DNA of 64,000 nucleotides. It comes from Bugula neritina. Taxonomy: Eukaryota > Animalia > Bryozoa. This document shows, piece by piece, positions 38,526-52,700 of this stretch. The DNA is taken from NCBI GenBank assembly GCA_964035545.1, contig OZ037765.1, positions 10,364,698 through 10,428,697 on the forward strand. The letters are read 5' to 3'. How positions within the stretch are numbered: the stretch's first letter is position 1; the number at the start of each line of letters is the position of its first letter. The notes beneath the pieces were generated by a model. It did no database searches. It was not told the origin of the DNA and saw only the letters and a list, made by a program, of their open reading frames with translations. A program made the position numbers and the translations under genes.

Positions 38526-41500
38526 TTACATAAAAGGTGAGTTTGAAGGGGCGCCCATGTACCCAGGTGGCTGGTGCGCCATCGCAACAGGTTGCTGGAT
38601 AGATTGCATTCTAGCGCCCATTGGGTGGCCAGGAGGGGCCGGACCAGGAGGATAATCAACTGGAGGTAGGGCGTATGATGGCATACCAGCCGGAGGTGGT
38701 GTGGCACTCGGGTGCTGATAGCCTGGAGGTACTGCATAGCCACTCGGTCTCATAGCTGCATGTGAGGGGTGGCCCGGGTGACCTGGATACCCTGGTGCCG
38801 ACATCATGACATGCTGACTCCTCATGTGCATACGAGAATCCATTGCACCTGAAGTTCACACAGACACATTCATGCATAGGCAGCTCAATATGATAGTCCA
38901 GAATATGCATAACAGCTACAATTATAATCAGTAGCTGAGAAAACACGCCAAACTGTAAAGAAAACTGCTACTGGTACCACCAAAACCTTGTCGCTCTAAT
39001 GCTCATCAAAAAATTTCTAAGTATGCTGGCATCAGTGAGTTGGGCAATGTATATTGAGTTTGCCAGAGACTAGCTAAACGAGCTGATCTACATATAGCAT
39101 AGCAGATTGCTGTCCTGCTAATACACTGGTGATATGGTATGATAGTAGGTGGGTAGCTAACATATCGTTGTAAACATTAGATGATGCAGTGAAAGGCAAG
39201 CAGCTAGCAGTATAAGTGACAGGCATACCTGGATGAACACCAGGTGTAGGTGCTGGATTATAGCCCATGCTCATACTAGACTGATGAGACGACATCATAT
39301 AAGAAGGGGCAGCACCTCTGGGTATACTTTCGGACATGTGCATGCCAGTCATTGGTCCAGCAGCAACAGAAGGCATCATATGAGAAGCACCTAGCAATGC
39401 ACATTAACATATAGTAACCCTAGCAACCGTCTAATGCACAGCAGCGCAAGCACAGTAACAGTAGCCTATACTTGACAACACCAGACAAGCACACATGAGC
39501 ATAAGCTACAAACCTGGTGGAGGCACATGCCTGCCGTACATAGACCCTGGCGGTCGGTGAGGCACGGGGCCAGACATCATCATACTGTGGCCTCCTTCGC
39601 TTGGCAAATAGCCAGGATTGGCAGGAGGGAATCTTTCAGCTGCTAGGAAATCATAGTTGGGTTTGGCTGGTAATACTGGATCATGAGAAGGAGGTATGGA
39701 GGGCTGTGTTACAGGCAGGTAAGATATGGTGCTACTTCCTTTGTTCTGTATGCTAACGGCGGGTGCTGTGGGTGCAGGCCCAGGCGGTGCAGCTGCTGGC
39801 GGGGCTGGAGCAGGCTGCGGAGGTTTGTACATAGGATCCGGCTGGGGCCCCGGGGGTGGCATCCCACTACTAAAATTGTTCATTGATACGTCAACATGTT
39901 GCTGCATGTGAGGAGGCACTCCAGAGCCCTGGTAGCTCTGATCAGCCGTAACATTCTGAATGTTGAGCTGCCCAATAGACATGTGTGCGTTCACGAATGT
40001 GTTGTTTACACTATGGTGTGATGAGTGCGGGGGTGGGTGCTGGCCGCCTGCCGTCGAGGATGGTGGTGGGCCATTCCTAGGCTGCTCTGAACTATTAGGG
40101 TCCGGGTGAGGGGCTGCCCTATGCAGTTCTCCATAAGGACCGTTTTGTGCTATTTTTTGTGACATTTGCTCCATTCCCTTGGCTATGTTGGCTAGAGATG
40201 CGGACGTGATGTTAGATAAGCCACCGTCCCTGCTGTCGATATTCGACTGAGATGAGGGCATGTTGGCATACATGGGCTGCTGTAAGTCAGCATTACCAGG
40301 CATGGCAGCGGCAGAGGAGTTGGGCTGATGAGCCGCGTTCAACTGTTTTTCTATGGCTCGTTCCTGGTTCTCTGGTTGCATATACATGTGTCTCTGAGAC
40401 GGAGGTACAGTCATACTCTCTGCACTCTGCCCCCTCCTCAAGGAGCTGTTGTAGCTAGGAGGTCCCCCCATGGCTGGAGTTCCCTGAAACACCAACTTTC
40501 AGGCTTAGTTATAAAAAACACGTATCATATCACAAGACACTTGAGATCTACCAGGAAATACATAATGTCGACATAGTCTCATTATTCAACAGCTAGATTT
40601 AAAGTCAAGTGTTTTACATAAATTTCACAATTCAAACTTATAGCAATCATTGGATATATTAAGCATACTTACTTGGTATGGAGTAGGTTGACCAGCTTGC
40701 ATCATCCTATAAGGAGGACCTGAAGTTTTAGGAGGTAAGAGGTTAGGCATACTATGCTGTCGGGAGACGGAATGCTGCATAGCACCTTTTACTGGACCAG
40801 ATACCCCGACATCCTCTGGTTTAACAGCCTGTGGGTTGGTTGGATTTGGTGTGTGTGGTTGAGAGGCCAGAGGAGATGGAGGTATGGCGGGCTTCTCCAT
40901 CTTAATAGGTGGGTGATCAAGAGGTGGTGTCTGTGCGGGCGAGGCAGCGGCGCTAGACTTTCTTTTTCTGCCAGCCTTTTTAGGAACAGCGGAAACTGGC
41001 TGTGAAGGAGCATTAGTAGGTGGCACAGGGTAAGGGGGCGGTGGCTTCGACTCCATCATACAAGGATGCATGTGCGGTGGCATGGATGGCATCCCAGGAC
41101 TGTACATTGGCATTGGTGCGGCTGAAGGCGGAGGTTGCTGGTTCATACCGTAGCCACCGGGATTGTACTGAGGTGCCTGGCTGCAGGGTGGTAAGTACGG
41201 TGGCTGCTGATCCTGGGCCATGTTGATATGACTGAAGTCTGATTCTCCCATACCTCCATCAGCAAACAGCATTTGCTGAATTCGCTTCAAGCTGGCTAGG
41301 CTGTTCTCTCTATGCTGCCTCTGACTCGGGGTGAGTCTCTCGTCTGGCACAGACTGGTGTGAGATGTTCGGAGTCATTGAGTTCTTCATATCATGGCCCA
41401 TGTACATTGCTCCCCGGCCGTAGGCTTGCCGAGGTAAATGCTGGTTGCTGTAGGGTGATTTCATATCATTCCACATTAGAGGTGCTGAGCTGCTTGGGGG

Positions 41501-43719
41501 GGCGTGGTGGGCTCTCGGATGACGGTGAGGATTGCTGACTTTTGGCGGCATCATTGGATCTCTTGACTGGGAGGTAGGCAACATAGGCTTAGTATGGTTA
41601 ACCTGCACCACAAAATAACACATGACCACTTGTGTGAAGGTAATTTACCTAACATTAAAAATACCCAATCAATAAAACATTTCATTCTAAAATAGACTGT
41701 AAGTCAACAACCAATAATAACTGCAGCAGAACAACAGAGGGAATAGTTGAGGCTCAACAAAAAATAGCAGTACTGGAACGCTGTACTGTACTGCTGCATA
41801 AAGTCAAAGCTGTGCAACAGTTTAATTCTTACCACATGAGTACCTTGGTTTAAGATGGAGTAGGGTTGAAATAACACATTCCAATGTGGACTAAAAGACC
41901 CTGTGTACACAATATAACATGCTAAATTATTCAGTTTAGTCATGAGTTTCCACTGGCTACTGTGATAACAGAAACAGTGTGATAAAATATAAATACCTGT
42001 AAGAACTGTTTAGTCTCAGGATCATCGAGATGAAAGTGAAATATTGAGGGGTGGGCTCTAGATGCCACCGAATCTACGGCTCTATTGGCCATTTGAGAAG
42101 AAAATATATACAGTTGGTTCTGTGTCTGAGAATAAGTCAGTGATACTGATTTTTTTGCCTCTCCTAGAAACAGAGCAAGGTTTCCATTTATATATATAAA
42201 AAAAAGGAAACCATTAAAATAAAAATATCTTAGAATCTTGTTGTTTCAAATAGCAGCATAACCAAGAGCTCTCATGTTCTAAATTCAAACAACATGCAGT
42301 TACATAATTCCAAAATATTCACAAATCTGCCATAATCAAGTCCTGCAAAAGGCCAGAAATTACATTCCATATAACTGGTGTACATATATCACAGTACATA
42401 TCAGTGTTTCACCCACAACAAGCAAAATATATTTCAACTGCAAAATGAATCAATCATATGTATGAGGTGAGGTAACGTGATAGGTCTTCCCCCACACCCT
42501 TCCGCTACAACCTTGCAGTGAATATATGGACAAAAACAGGCAAGTTATGCATTTTGACAACTACCATCCAGCTTACTTCACTAAACTCAAAACATGTTAT
42601 GGAACACTGGAGTAGTTGACGGTAAGAGTAGTGGTGATAGAAATGGTCACAGTCACAGTAGTAGTACCAGTAGCACTAAAAGTATTAGTAGTCACAGTAG
42701 TGATAGAAGCAATAGTATTAAAGCAGTAGCAGTAATTACAATAATGATATAGACAGTAGCAATAGTCACAGTAGTATTAGTATTAGTACAAATACTAGTA
42801 GTCCTACCTACTTCTACTAGTACTACTGCTACTTCTACTAGTAATACTGCTACTTCTACTAGTACTACTGCTGCTACTACTACTACTTCTACTAGTACTA
42901 CTGCTGGTTCTACTAGTACTGCTGCTGCTACTACTACTACTAGTAGTAGCAGCAGTGGTCACAGCCTTAATAGTAATAGAAGTAGTCACAGCAGTGATAG
43001 TAGTAGTGATTATATTAATGGAAGTACTAAAACTAGTCGCTAATGAAGAGCTATATATATTATGCATTTACTTCATGCATCAGAGCGTCACATTTCTCCC
43101 TTCTCCATCTCTCTTACCACTGTCACATTCAGCTCAATCTCATGATAAATTGATAATAAATTACCATAAATTATTAAAATATTCTGTACTTACTGAACTC
43201 ACCATTGATTTGAGCCGAGCTATTTTTTCCTAAAAATAAAAGAGTTTGATATTATTATTATTCCGAAATAGTAATACTAATGGGATTACTACCACACCCC
43301 AAAGACCAGGTCAGTTCTCGGAACATGCATCTGATGATATTGATAAATAATTATCAATAAAAATTCATAATTTATAAAAGAGATACAAATAAATATAAAT
43401 TATTAAACTATATAAAGGTAATAATTTCCACCAGGGCTGTGTCAATACTTTAATTTTCATTACCAAATAAATATGGGGGAAAGAAACAACCGCAGAAATT
43501 ATAGCAAGCAGCCATTTCATCACCTGTGTATGGCTCTTCACTGAGAACTTTTAACAGCTCCGGGTTTTCTGACTTGATGAGCTCCGATTGGTCAGCAGTT
43601 GGGGTGGGCGGGGCCTCGCTTGTAGCTGGCGTCTGCGCAGATCTGTTGCCTTCCATTTCCCAAGCTTCGGCAGCGAGCAAATCTTTGTTGGTTATGACTG
43701 CGGGCTCAGGGGGCTGCGT
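38526..43719 (-). CDS. BCL9: BCL9/Legless homologue moiety; exons 43719-43524, 42163-41997, 41602-40673, 40483-39514, 39390-39229, 38848-38526
   Basis: HD1 (Pygopus-binding) LYIFSSQMANRAVDSVASRAHPSIFHFH and HD2 (beta-catenin-binding) PDERLTPSQRQHRENSLASLKRIQQMLF. The rest is P/M/G/Q-rich and disordered. All phases are compatible. Confidence 0.9.
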
Positions 43720-46700
43720 CTACAAGGTACACAGTCTAGTCTTGAGGTAACAAGCACCAGTTGTGGGGAGGAATTGCTTATTAGCAAGAATTAATATTAT
43801 AAACTTTGGGCTAATCTGCAATTTATGTTTTTAATCCACCAACTAATGTGTGGCCAAGATATTCTCAGCTTTTAGAATAGTAGAGTATTACTATACAACA
43901 GAGAGTAACTGTATAACGCAGTGTAGCTGTATGTATAACAGAGTGGAGATGTATAACACAGTGTAGCTGTATAACACAGTGTAGCTGCATAACATAGTGT
44001 AGCTGTATAACAGAGTGTAGCTGTATAACACAGTGTAGCTGTATAACACAGTGTAACTGTATAACACAGTGTAGCTGCATAACATAGTGTAGCTGTATAA
44101 CACAGTGTAGCTGCATGACACAGTGTAGCTGTATAACACAATGTAACTGTATCACTGCACCTCTAGCAATGGTTTAATAGCTGGGTAGAGTTGATTGCTG
44201 AGATAGGCATGCAGATCTTGTTCCTGGTCATCAGTTGACTGACTGAAGTTTCCAATAACTTCTTCCCAAGTAGAGCAGCTAGTAGCCAGACACTGCCAGT
44301 CACCACTACCTTTAGACTGTCCACTTTTCTGTCGGTAAAGTCTCAAATCTGTAATCACAAACGGACTCACTCAACAATACAATCAGATAACTCATCACCA
44401 TCATAATATGTGTATGTACACTATAGTATGAGTATGTGCACCATAGTATGAGTACGTACACTACAGTAAGAGTATGTACACTACAGTATGAGTATGTACA
44501 CTACAGTAAGAGTATGTACACTACAGTAAGAGTATGTACACTGTAGTATGTGTATGTACATCATAGTAGGAGTATGTACATCATAGTATGAGTATGTACA
44601 CTATAGTATGTGTATGTGCATCACCTGTAACAAAACTTGACTGGTAAATGCTTTTTTCCATACTATAGAAATTAAAGTGTATTAGCTACTAGTTGCCAGT
44701 GAAACTATGGATCCCAACAGTACAACTAACACAACTAAAACTATCACTGATACTGCTGATATTACTACTTATGTCACTGATATTACTACTAGTAATACTA
44801 CAAATAATACTGCTACTACAAACAATAATACCAGCCTACTGGGGTCACTGTTTCACAACTACTATTTTCATTATTACTAGTACTACTAGTACTACAGCAG
44901 ACACTACGATTACTAACAGTTTTGGCAGTAACATTTGCTAGAACAGTAGTGAGAAGAGTTGAAGTGGTATTACCACCAACAGCATAGTTTCTGCAGCTGC
45001 AACTATATGATGCACAACGTCATTGGCAAGTCTTATAGTACATATGCCTTCTTGTAATGTGAATGCAGTAGTACTCATTGTAAACTTATCTTGTCTATCG
45101 CAGAAGTGACTTCCTCAAAGATTGATCAAGGTATTACATTGCATAAAAAGTAAATTGTAAAGCAGCTTTTTTTAACTAAGTATAAAATTGCATCAAAATA
45201 ATAACAAGTCAATTTGCTATAGGAACCTAATGTCAGCCTGTATTAGAAGAAGAATTAAGGCTAGAATTTCACAACTTTCACTATTGCATACTTTACAAGA
45301 TTGGGTGTTATTTGATGACCTTAAACATTGGCCTTGGGGAGAATATCAACAATATTTACAATTCCAAAAATAATGACAATAATTTCTTCTATAGCTTTGT
45401 TGCTTGTGGGACCAATTGCTAATATAACATTTAAATAAAGTTTGTGGGTTTATGTTAACGCAGTCTTTACGTTGATTGAACATAAACTTGTGGAAAATTT
45501 CCCCTCTGATATGTTTTATATCTATGTATGTATTTGGTATAGCATAGAGTTCTAGCTATTGCCTGTCTACATTTCAGAATACTTTGCTGGATTGCATAAT
45601 CTTGAATACCTAATATTACACCACAAGCTGCCTGTTATTACAGCTACACATTATAACTGTTTCAAAACAATTCAGGTTCTAACTGGTAAGTCTTGCAGAA
45701 GAATAATATAGTAATCAGTTTCAAATAAACAGGAAAAAAAGAAAAAAAATTCATTTTCCATTGCAACTACAACTGTAAAAAAAACTTCCGATTGACAGCT
45801 CCTTCAGTTCTTGGCGTGAGGAGTTGAATAAAAAGTAGAAAACTTACCACCAGATACAGTGTATTACTGCCATGTGTGGCTCAGTCTCACAAATTGAGCA
45901 GAAGTAAAGAGAAATGGTAGTTATTACAAGAGTTTATTCCTCAGCTGTCATCATCGAGCTAGGTTAAAAATGCTATTTGTCATATTAGCAATCGAAAACA
46001 TCACACTTGGCAAGTGTAAGTGGTTAGAATGAATGAGTGAACTACCCAGCCGAAGAAGTGTGCTAGCTATGACGGGTGTAAAGGCTATAGGTTAAAATTC
46101 TCAGTGCCGTAATGATGAGGCAAAGTGGTTAGAAGCTGTCACGATAGCTAACCTCATTAATCACAGCCTAGTTAGTCTTATTGATAGAATATGAAGTAGA
46201 AAATATTACAGCTAGTGTAAATAATTTGGTTGTCTTTTTATGTTAATCACAATCAATTAGCCATTAAATTTATAGCAGCACGAGCTTATATTTATATTAA
46301 CCAAACAAGCATGCATAAAGTTGCTTCTATTAAACTAAATTTCTTCAAAAGATCTTCCAAAACTATCGGAGTTGTTTACTAGTTTTAAAGGTTTCTACAC
46401 TTTTTAAAGAATTTCCAAACTAATGAAATTATTTATCTGAAAAGGAAGTACCTATATAAAACAACTCTTCAAGCTTGCTTTTTAAAACCAGGTGAAGTAT
46501 TAAAGAAATTACAATAGTCTAAGCTCTTTCATCGGTTTTATAAAGCATTTTTAAAATTCCCATGAAAACAACTTGCTTGCCATATTGTTTATATCCACTA
46601 TTGCCACTATGCCTTAGGTGTTGTCAAACTTATTATTTGCTGCTTCTTACATTTGAACATAAAACTGATTCACAGAGACTAAAAATGCACTTTTTTAGCC

Positions 46701-49700
46701 AGCTATATCAACGATCCATAAGAATATTTTGCAAAATATTCAATAACTTAGATTTAGGACTTCTGCATGATATAGAATTACCACTCAGGTGGTAGGCTAG
46801 GAACGCACAACTGTCTAACTGTCCAGCTTTCTGCTGAACAGTTAGACAGTCTCAAACTCACTGTATACAAAGCTAAAAGGTAAAGTAATTAAGCAAACCT
46901 CAAAACAATCCATCAAGAATATAGTCATTACAAGTGACAAGTTATGTGGGCTACGTATTTATGAGGAAAACAGAGGTTCACCAGGTCAAGTTAAAACAAC
47001 AAAGTTTTGAGTTGACATAAGTTCATGAGACGCAATGAGAGGGGAGGGCATGATTTCAGAAATAATTCATTTCCTTTATTGTTTGACTTTTATATGATTG
47101 GAAAGTTCATTTTAATATAATTGAATTCTAGAAAAATAACAAATTAAACCTATTTTTGAGAGGCCAATAGGCAACCAGTAGCAATAACTCCAACTATAGT
47201 AGGGTAACTTAAAAAGACTTTCCTTAGTGAATTAGCATTTTTAGTAGATAACCCTGCTATGAAAATGTTCTTGCTATCCCAAAAATTTAAAAGAGGTCAC
47301 TTATATTTAAATGCTAAAACTTAGTGTAACAGGGGAGGGGGCTTGATAAGTTCCACACATCACTTATTAATTTTCTTCTAGTCCCTTTTTATACATCTCA
47401 TTGACTTTCACTATCTACCAACTTTAGTTTGCTCTGTGGTACTTAAATTTGAAATTGCTTCCTTTTCTAGTACTTATAAATGGTTAGATAATAGTTTATT
47501 TTAAGAGAAATATACAGAAATAAGTACACCCAGCTAAAAGTTTATTATTCTCAACTATCTACAAACCTGCTGGTATAATTGCTCAAAGCTGCACTGTTGT
47601 ACTAACTTGGCAAAAATAAATAAAACTTGTGTAATTGTTCAACCAACTAAGCATAAATATAATAAAATAATCTTCATTATAAAATTTAAATTACTAAAGA
47701 AAAGTTTTAATTAATACAAGGTTTGGGCAAGTTAAATCAAAACATTTTAATTTCTCGGCATCAAATTTAGTTTATACCTGACAGTCAGAGCATAGCATAA
47801 AATCAGTTGTAGATGCACCACCTTAAAGAATCAAACCAACTTGGAATGATAACCCAGTTCAAGTCAAATTCACGAATTTGAGATTGGTTACACTCTATCT
47901 TAGAATGTTTAGCTAAACTCTGGGAGATGGGAGATGGCAATATATATAGTTATAAAATTTAAACTTTTAAATTTGAGCATAAAAAGATAAAATTTAGAAA
48001 GATTAGGTTAAAATTTAAAAGATGATTGTACATTTTTATAAGCTTAAATTTCAGGGCTGTAGCTAACCACAATAAACAGTAAACACTATTTATTATAATG
48101 GCATACTTTAATAAATGCAAATATATATACTAAATAAGTATTTAACAAGGAACTAAAATTGCCATTGTTCTCTTTCACTACAACTTTTTTTATATTGTGT
48201 TAGTAGAGGAGAAACTAATAAATAGGCTAGTCAGCTAGAAATGGCTGTAGAAAAACATTCACCTACATTAAGAAAAACGTGTATTCAAGTTGTTGATTTT
48301 AAATGACATGGGAAGTTGAAATGTAGAGGTAAGACAACTCTATTGCTTCAAATTTAAAATAGCTTCTAAGTGAGTGGTAATCATAATGATGAACAAAGTA
48401 AATACTCATATATTCTCAGACAAGTCATGCAGATTATCTGTGGTAGCAGACAGAACCGGAATATTCTATTGCAGTACATATTCACTGACTTTCCACGAAT
48501 CGATCCCAGATCGATCTCGCTGAGATCGTTCCATCAAAGATCGATATGAGAAGTAGGAAAATGTCTGCTTGCTAAAATGTTGTCTGCTAATAAAAGTGAT
48601 AACTTATTGTTGATTGCTAAGCAAAGTATTTAATAATTACGAGAGCCACTTTTTCAGATGCCAAAACTTTGACTTTCAGTACAATGATTAAGAAAACTCA
48701 ATTATAGAAAATTATAGACGGTAGAAGGTACGAAAAATGGGAGCATTTAAATTGAATTTAAGTGACTAGTAAATCTTACTTTCATTAGTTATTTGCTGCG
48801 TGATTTCAAGCCTAACAATCCCGCAAGTTTATGAATATTCTTCAAGACAGCTATTAATTTTATATAAGCTGTGAAGCTAAAAAATTAAGAGTAATTATCT
48901 TAAATTGGCCAAATTACTTTACTCTAAAAGCTTTGCTGCGTATAGTTTATAGCTGGTGTTAATTTCTAGACTGCAACAATTTTGTTCTCTAATTGCAGTA
49001 GCTTTAATCACTCAGATGAGTGAACTAATTATCTTTAAAAAATTTATTCACTCAAGAGGAGGCAACTACGCAAGATCGATCTGACATTGTTATGGAAAAC
49101 CTATCGATCTGAGCACAATTCTTAGATTGATCTCGGTGAGATCTATCCATGAAAAGCCAGTGATCGAATATGGCTTAGCTGTCCAATTAACAATACAAAC
49201 ACACTTTATTGCACTCTAATGTACCACATCTTGTTATTTTTAGCTGTTTACGTTGGGTGAAAAAGTGCTAAAATGTCCAGCTGAAATTCTATAGAGCAAT
49301 TTCCCTTAGTGTATCTATATGGCTGCTTGCAAGTTGACTTTACAACAACCAATTACTTATATTTATTAATAGTTCAGCAGTGCAGCACAAACCAATTTTA
49401 ATGATTTTAAGAACTCTAATTTTAAAGAATGACCTGTTTCCAAGCTGCAAAATGCAGAACGACAGTTTTTTCAAAGGAATTGATTTCGATTTTTCTTGAT
49501 GCAACTGTTTCCAAACATCAATAAAAAATCCATTCTTGGCAAAGTAGTGATACGCACAACTTGTAGTAACTATTTGTTATTTCACTTATATATTTACTGT
49601 TGTGCATATAATATGTCTGTTTACATAAACAGGCAAGCATGTTAATTATTGGTTATTCTTATTTTCAGACCCCACTGGTGCAATCTGGTTGAATCAAAAT

Positions 49701-52700
49701 ACATTTATAAATAAACAATAATCAACAACTTGTGCAGGTGCTTTGCTATTAGCATAAACTTAGCAATGAATTGCTATATTTCTAGTTTCATAAATAGTTA
49801 GTATTTCTTATTTATTTCCTAAATTTCTATTTAGACCAACCAATATTTAAATCTTGTGAAAGTTTGTGATTGCTTTGCTACTGCTTGTTGAACAATAAAC
49901 TTGAGCTAAAGATTAACCCAGAATGAGTATAACTAAGACTACAATTAGAAATACACTATTCCTGAAAAGATAAATGACTACATTGACATAACTTTCTTAT
50001 TTTTCAAATTGTACTAGTCTAATAAGAAACATTTCTACTTACCATCAAAGTACCAGTATGTTCTATTTTCTGAGTCTTGTCCAACATTTATAATTGTCTA
50101 AAATAAAACAGATTTACAGCTGTAACTATGCGTGGTGAGATACAGTCAAGAGACTCATATACTACAGGTCTCAGGTACCAAATCATCTTATAGTGTAGTG
50201 TAGTATAGCGATAGCAATACTTTATAGGATATAGAATCTAGAGTCCAGACTAATGCTTCTTTTGTGAAAAGTAACCCCATCTATTCCCCAAAACTAACTC
50301 AAATTGTTGCACGATATATAAAAATAGATTGGACAACTTCAAATTATGAAAGACAAGGTTTGCATGAATGAATTATTGACTTTTACGTAATTATCCCCCA
50401 GCCAAATAATTACAAATATGCACATATAATATTACTAGGACTCCTAGTAGTATTATATGACATATAATATTACTAGGACTCCTAGTAATATTATATGACA
50501 TAATATTACTAGGACTGCATTAGGAGAACAGACATGGAATATATAATTTTATAACTGGTTAGAGTTGAACCTACAGGATCCAGTTGGCTGTCTCCACCAA
50601 ACTCCTCATTCAGCATCTCATCTATGTCATTCTTCTTCTCTTTTGTTTGGTCAGCCAACCATTTTAGTATTCTTAGCTAAATGAGAAATAATCCCATTAC
50701 AGGTTGCATAACCACCATAAGGTCAACTAATGCACCCAAATGCGAATATCTTAATTTCAATGAAGATGTGTACACAAAAGATTAAAATTTAGGGGTGTAA
50801 AAACATTTTAGTGCAATGAAAGATGATTCCCACACTTTAGATAAAGAAAATATACTTAAATCAACATTACAATTACATTATGCTATGGCCTAAAGCCAAA
50901 CACAGCACAACTATGGTAGATTTGGTGGGGGACGGATCATTATTCCGAAGGCCCATTGCTCCGAAGGTTCATTAGTCCAAAAATATTTGCCCAGTACAAG
51001 TTGTTATGCAAATTACATCATAATATATTATTACGATAGAAGTAAAATAGCTTTTAAAATTGATGCTATTGCACAGCTTTTTTTATAATTAGACTCTACT
51101 ACGAATGTTAATTTATAAATAAAGCTTTCTTCGCCATCTTTGCATGCATATATATACTGAGCTTAATGCAATTTGGAATTTATGCTCTACCGCAATGCAA
51201 AAAACAAAAGCTCTAAAGTAGAAATAAAGCATTAGCAAATAATTGTTCAAGTAAGAACATTATACGTTTCTTTTTTGACCAATTACAATACAATACATAT
51301 AGGCTTACAAAACAAAAGCAATAAGAGTTTTATATTTTAATAAACAATCACATTAGGAGCGATGGACCTTCGGACTAATGGGTCTCCGGAATATTGACTA
51401 GTCACCGATTTAGTGACACTCCAGATGTGGCTGGCAAGTTATGATGATAGCAGTCTGCTTGAGATAGTCTCGTCAGCAGAGCAAGAGAATCTCCAGATAT
51501 TAAATGTGATGTTAATAAACTATCTCATTAAACAACTGGCAGGTCAGCAGCTTCATTCATACATTTTTATACAAGAACGTTTAGACTGGAGGAAAAACTC
51601 ATCTATTAAAGTAGCATGTTGCCTAAAGATAAAATGTTACTAACAAGGTCAAGGTAAAAAGTGCCATAAGGAATTATTTCTAAAAATAGATTTTAGTACC
51701 CTATCAGGCCCGGTGACTGAGATGAAATCTTGTTTGACAAGTTGAGAGATTTCTGATTTGTTTTCTTCTGTGTAAGATCTTAAATGCTTTTCACAGTTAT
51801 CAATCCTACAACATATAAAATGCCCAAGTAGCTGCATAAAAACTATAGTAGTGACTAGATTGGATAGGGAAATTGAACTTGCATATGTTTTTATTACAAC
51901 ATGACATGCAAAAAGATATAGCCCCATGGATTATAAAATTCTAATTTCCAATTGCTTTCAACAGCAGCTTTGTGCAACCTTGAAAAGTTGACCATCATTA
52001 TATTTTTAAAATAAATTTATGTCCCATAGATTGGTCACGAGAATTTTTACAAACTGCAAATTGATGTTCAAATATTGTGCTTCTGAAACTGCACACAGCG
52101 TTTTTGCTCTCATTCAATAAGTTAAAAGTATAAAATACAAACCAAATAGATATCAAAAACTATTGATTGAGCCATGTAGCGAATCACTTAATGTTATTAC
52201 ACTTACCTAATTTCAGTATTATTTTTGATGTGGCGCAAAAGACGGCTCACAATGTCTTGGAAGAGCTTTGACTTCCCATCACATATGCAAATTTCAAAAC
52301 TCTAAAACAACCAAAATAACTGAAATAAAACTCTTCTGGTTATATGCAATACACAAACAACATCAAGAATAGCATATAAGTCACTTCCAATGAATAATGT
52401 ATTAACAGATGTCTTGTAGCTTTTGAGTTCCAACATGCAGTAGGGAAATGCAGATACAGAGTCTTCAAATGTTCACAGGGAAAACACTAAGACATGGAGC
52501 AGTTCAAATACCCTTATTTCAACGTTGGGAAACTTCATCAAGGCCCGTTTGTTGTTAACAAAATGTGCCACATAAGGCAGCTCATGCATGTGTCTCACAT
52601 CTTCCATCTAAAATAAATAAATGAATATAGAAATAAATAAAATATACATACTCATTTATTTATTTATACATTATATATCAAAAGACATATACAACGGGTA

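Noticed and set aside
39683-41226. Plus-strand ORFs overlapping BCL9 exons
   Set aside because: Antisense shadows of GC-rich, Pro-rich coding sequence.
42804-43067. Ser/Thr-rich minus-strand ORF as an extra BCL9 exon
   Set aside because: It derives from AGT/ACT repeats, lacks convincing splice sites, and the flanking exons already join in phase.
43865-44621. Regular 18- and 20-bp repeats as a CRISPR-like array or repeat protein
   Set aside because: Units are head-to-tail with no unique spacers, there are no cas genes, and they are intronic in a eukaryotic gene.
52330-52500. Extra exon in the DDT region
   Set aside because: No good acceptor/donor pair; the flanking exons join in phase and give a contiguous DDT-like sequence.
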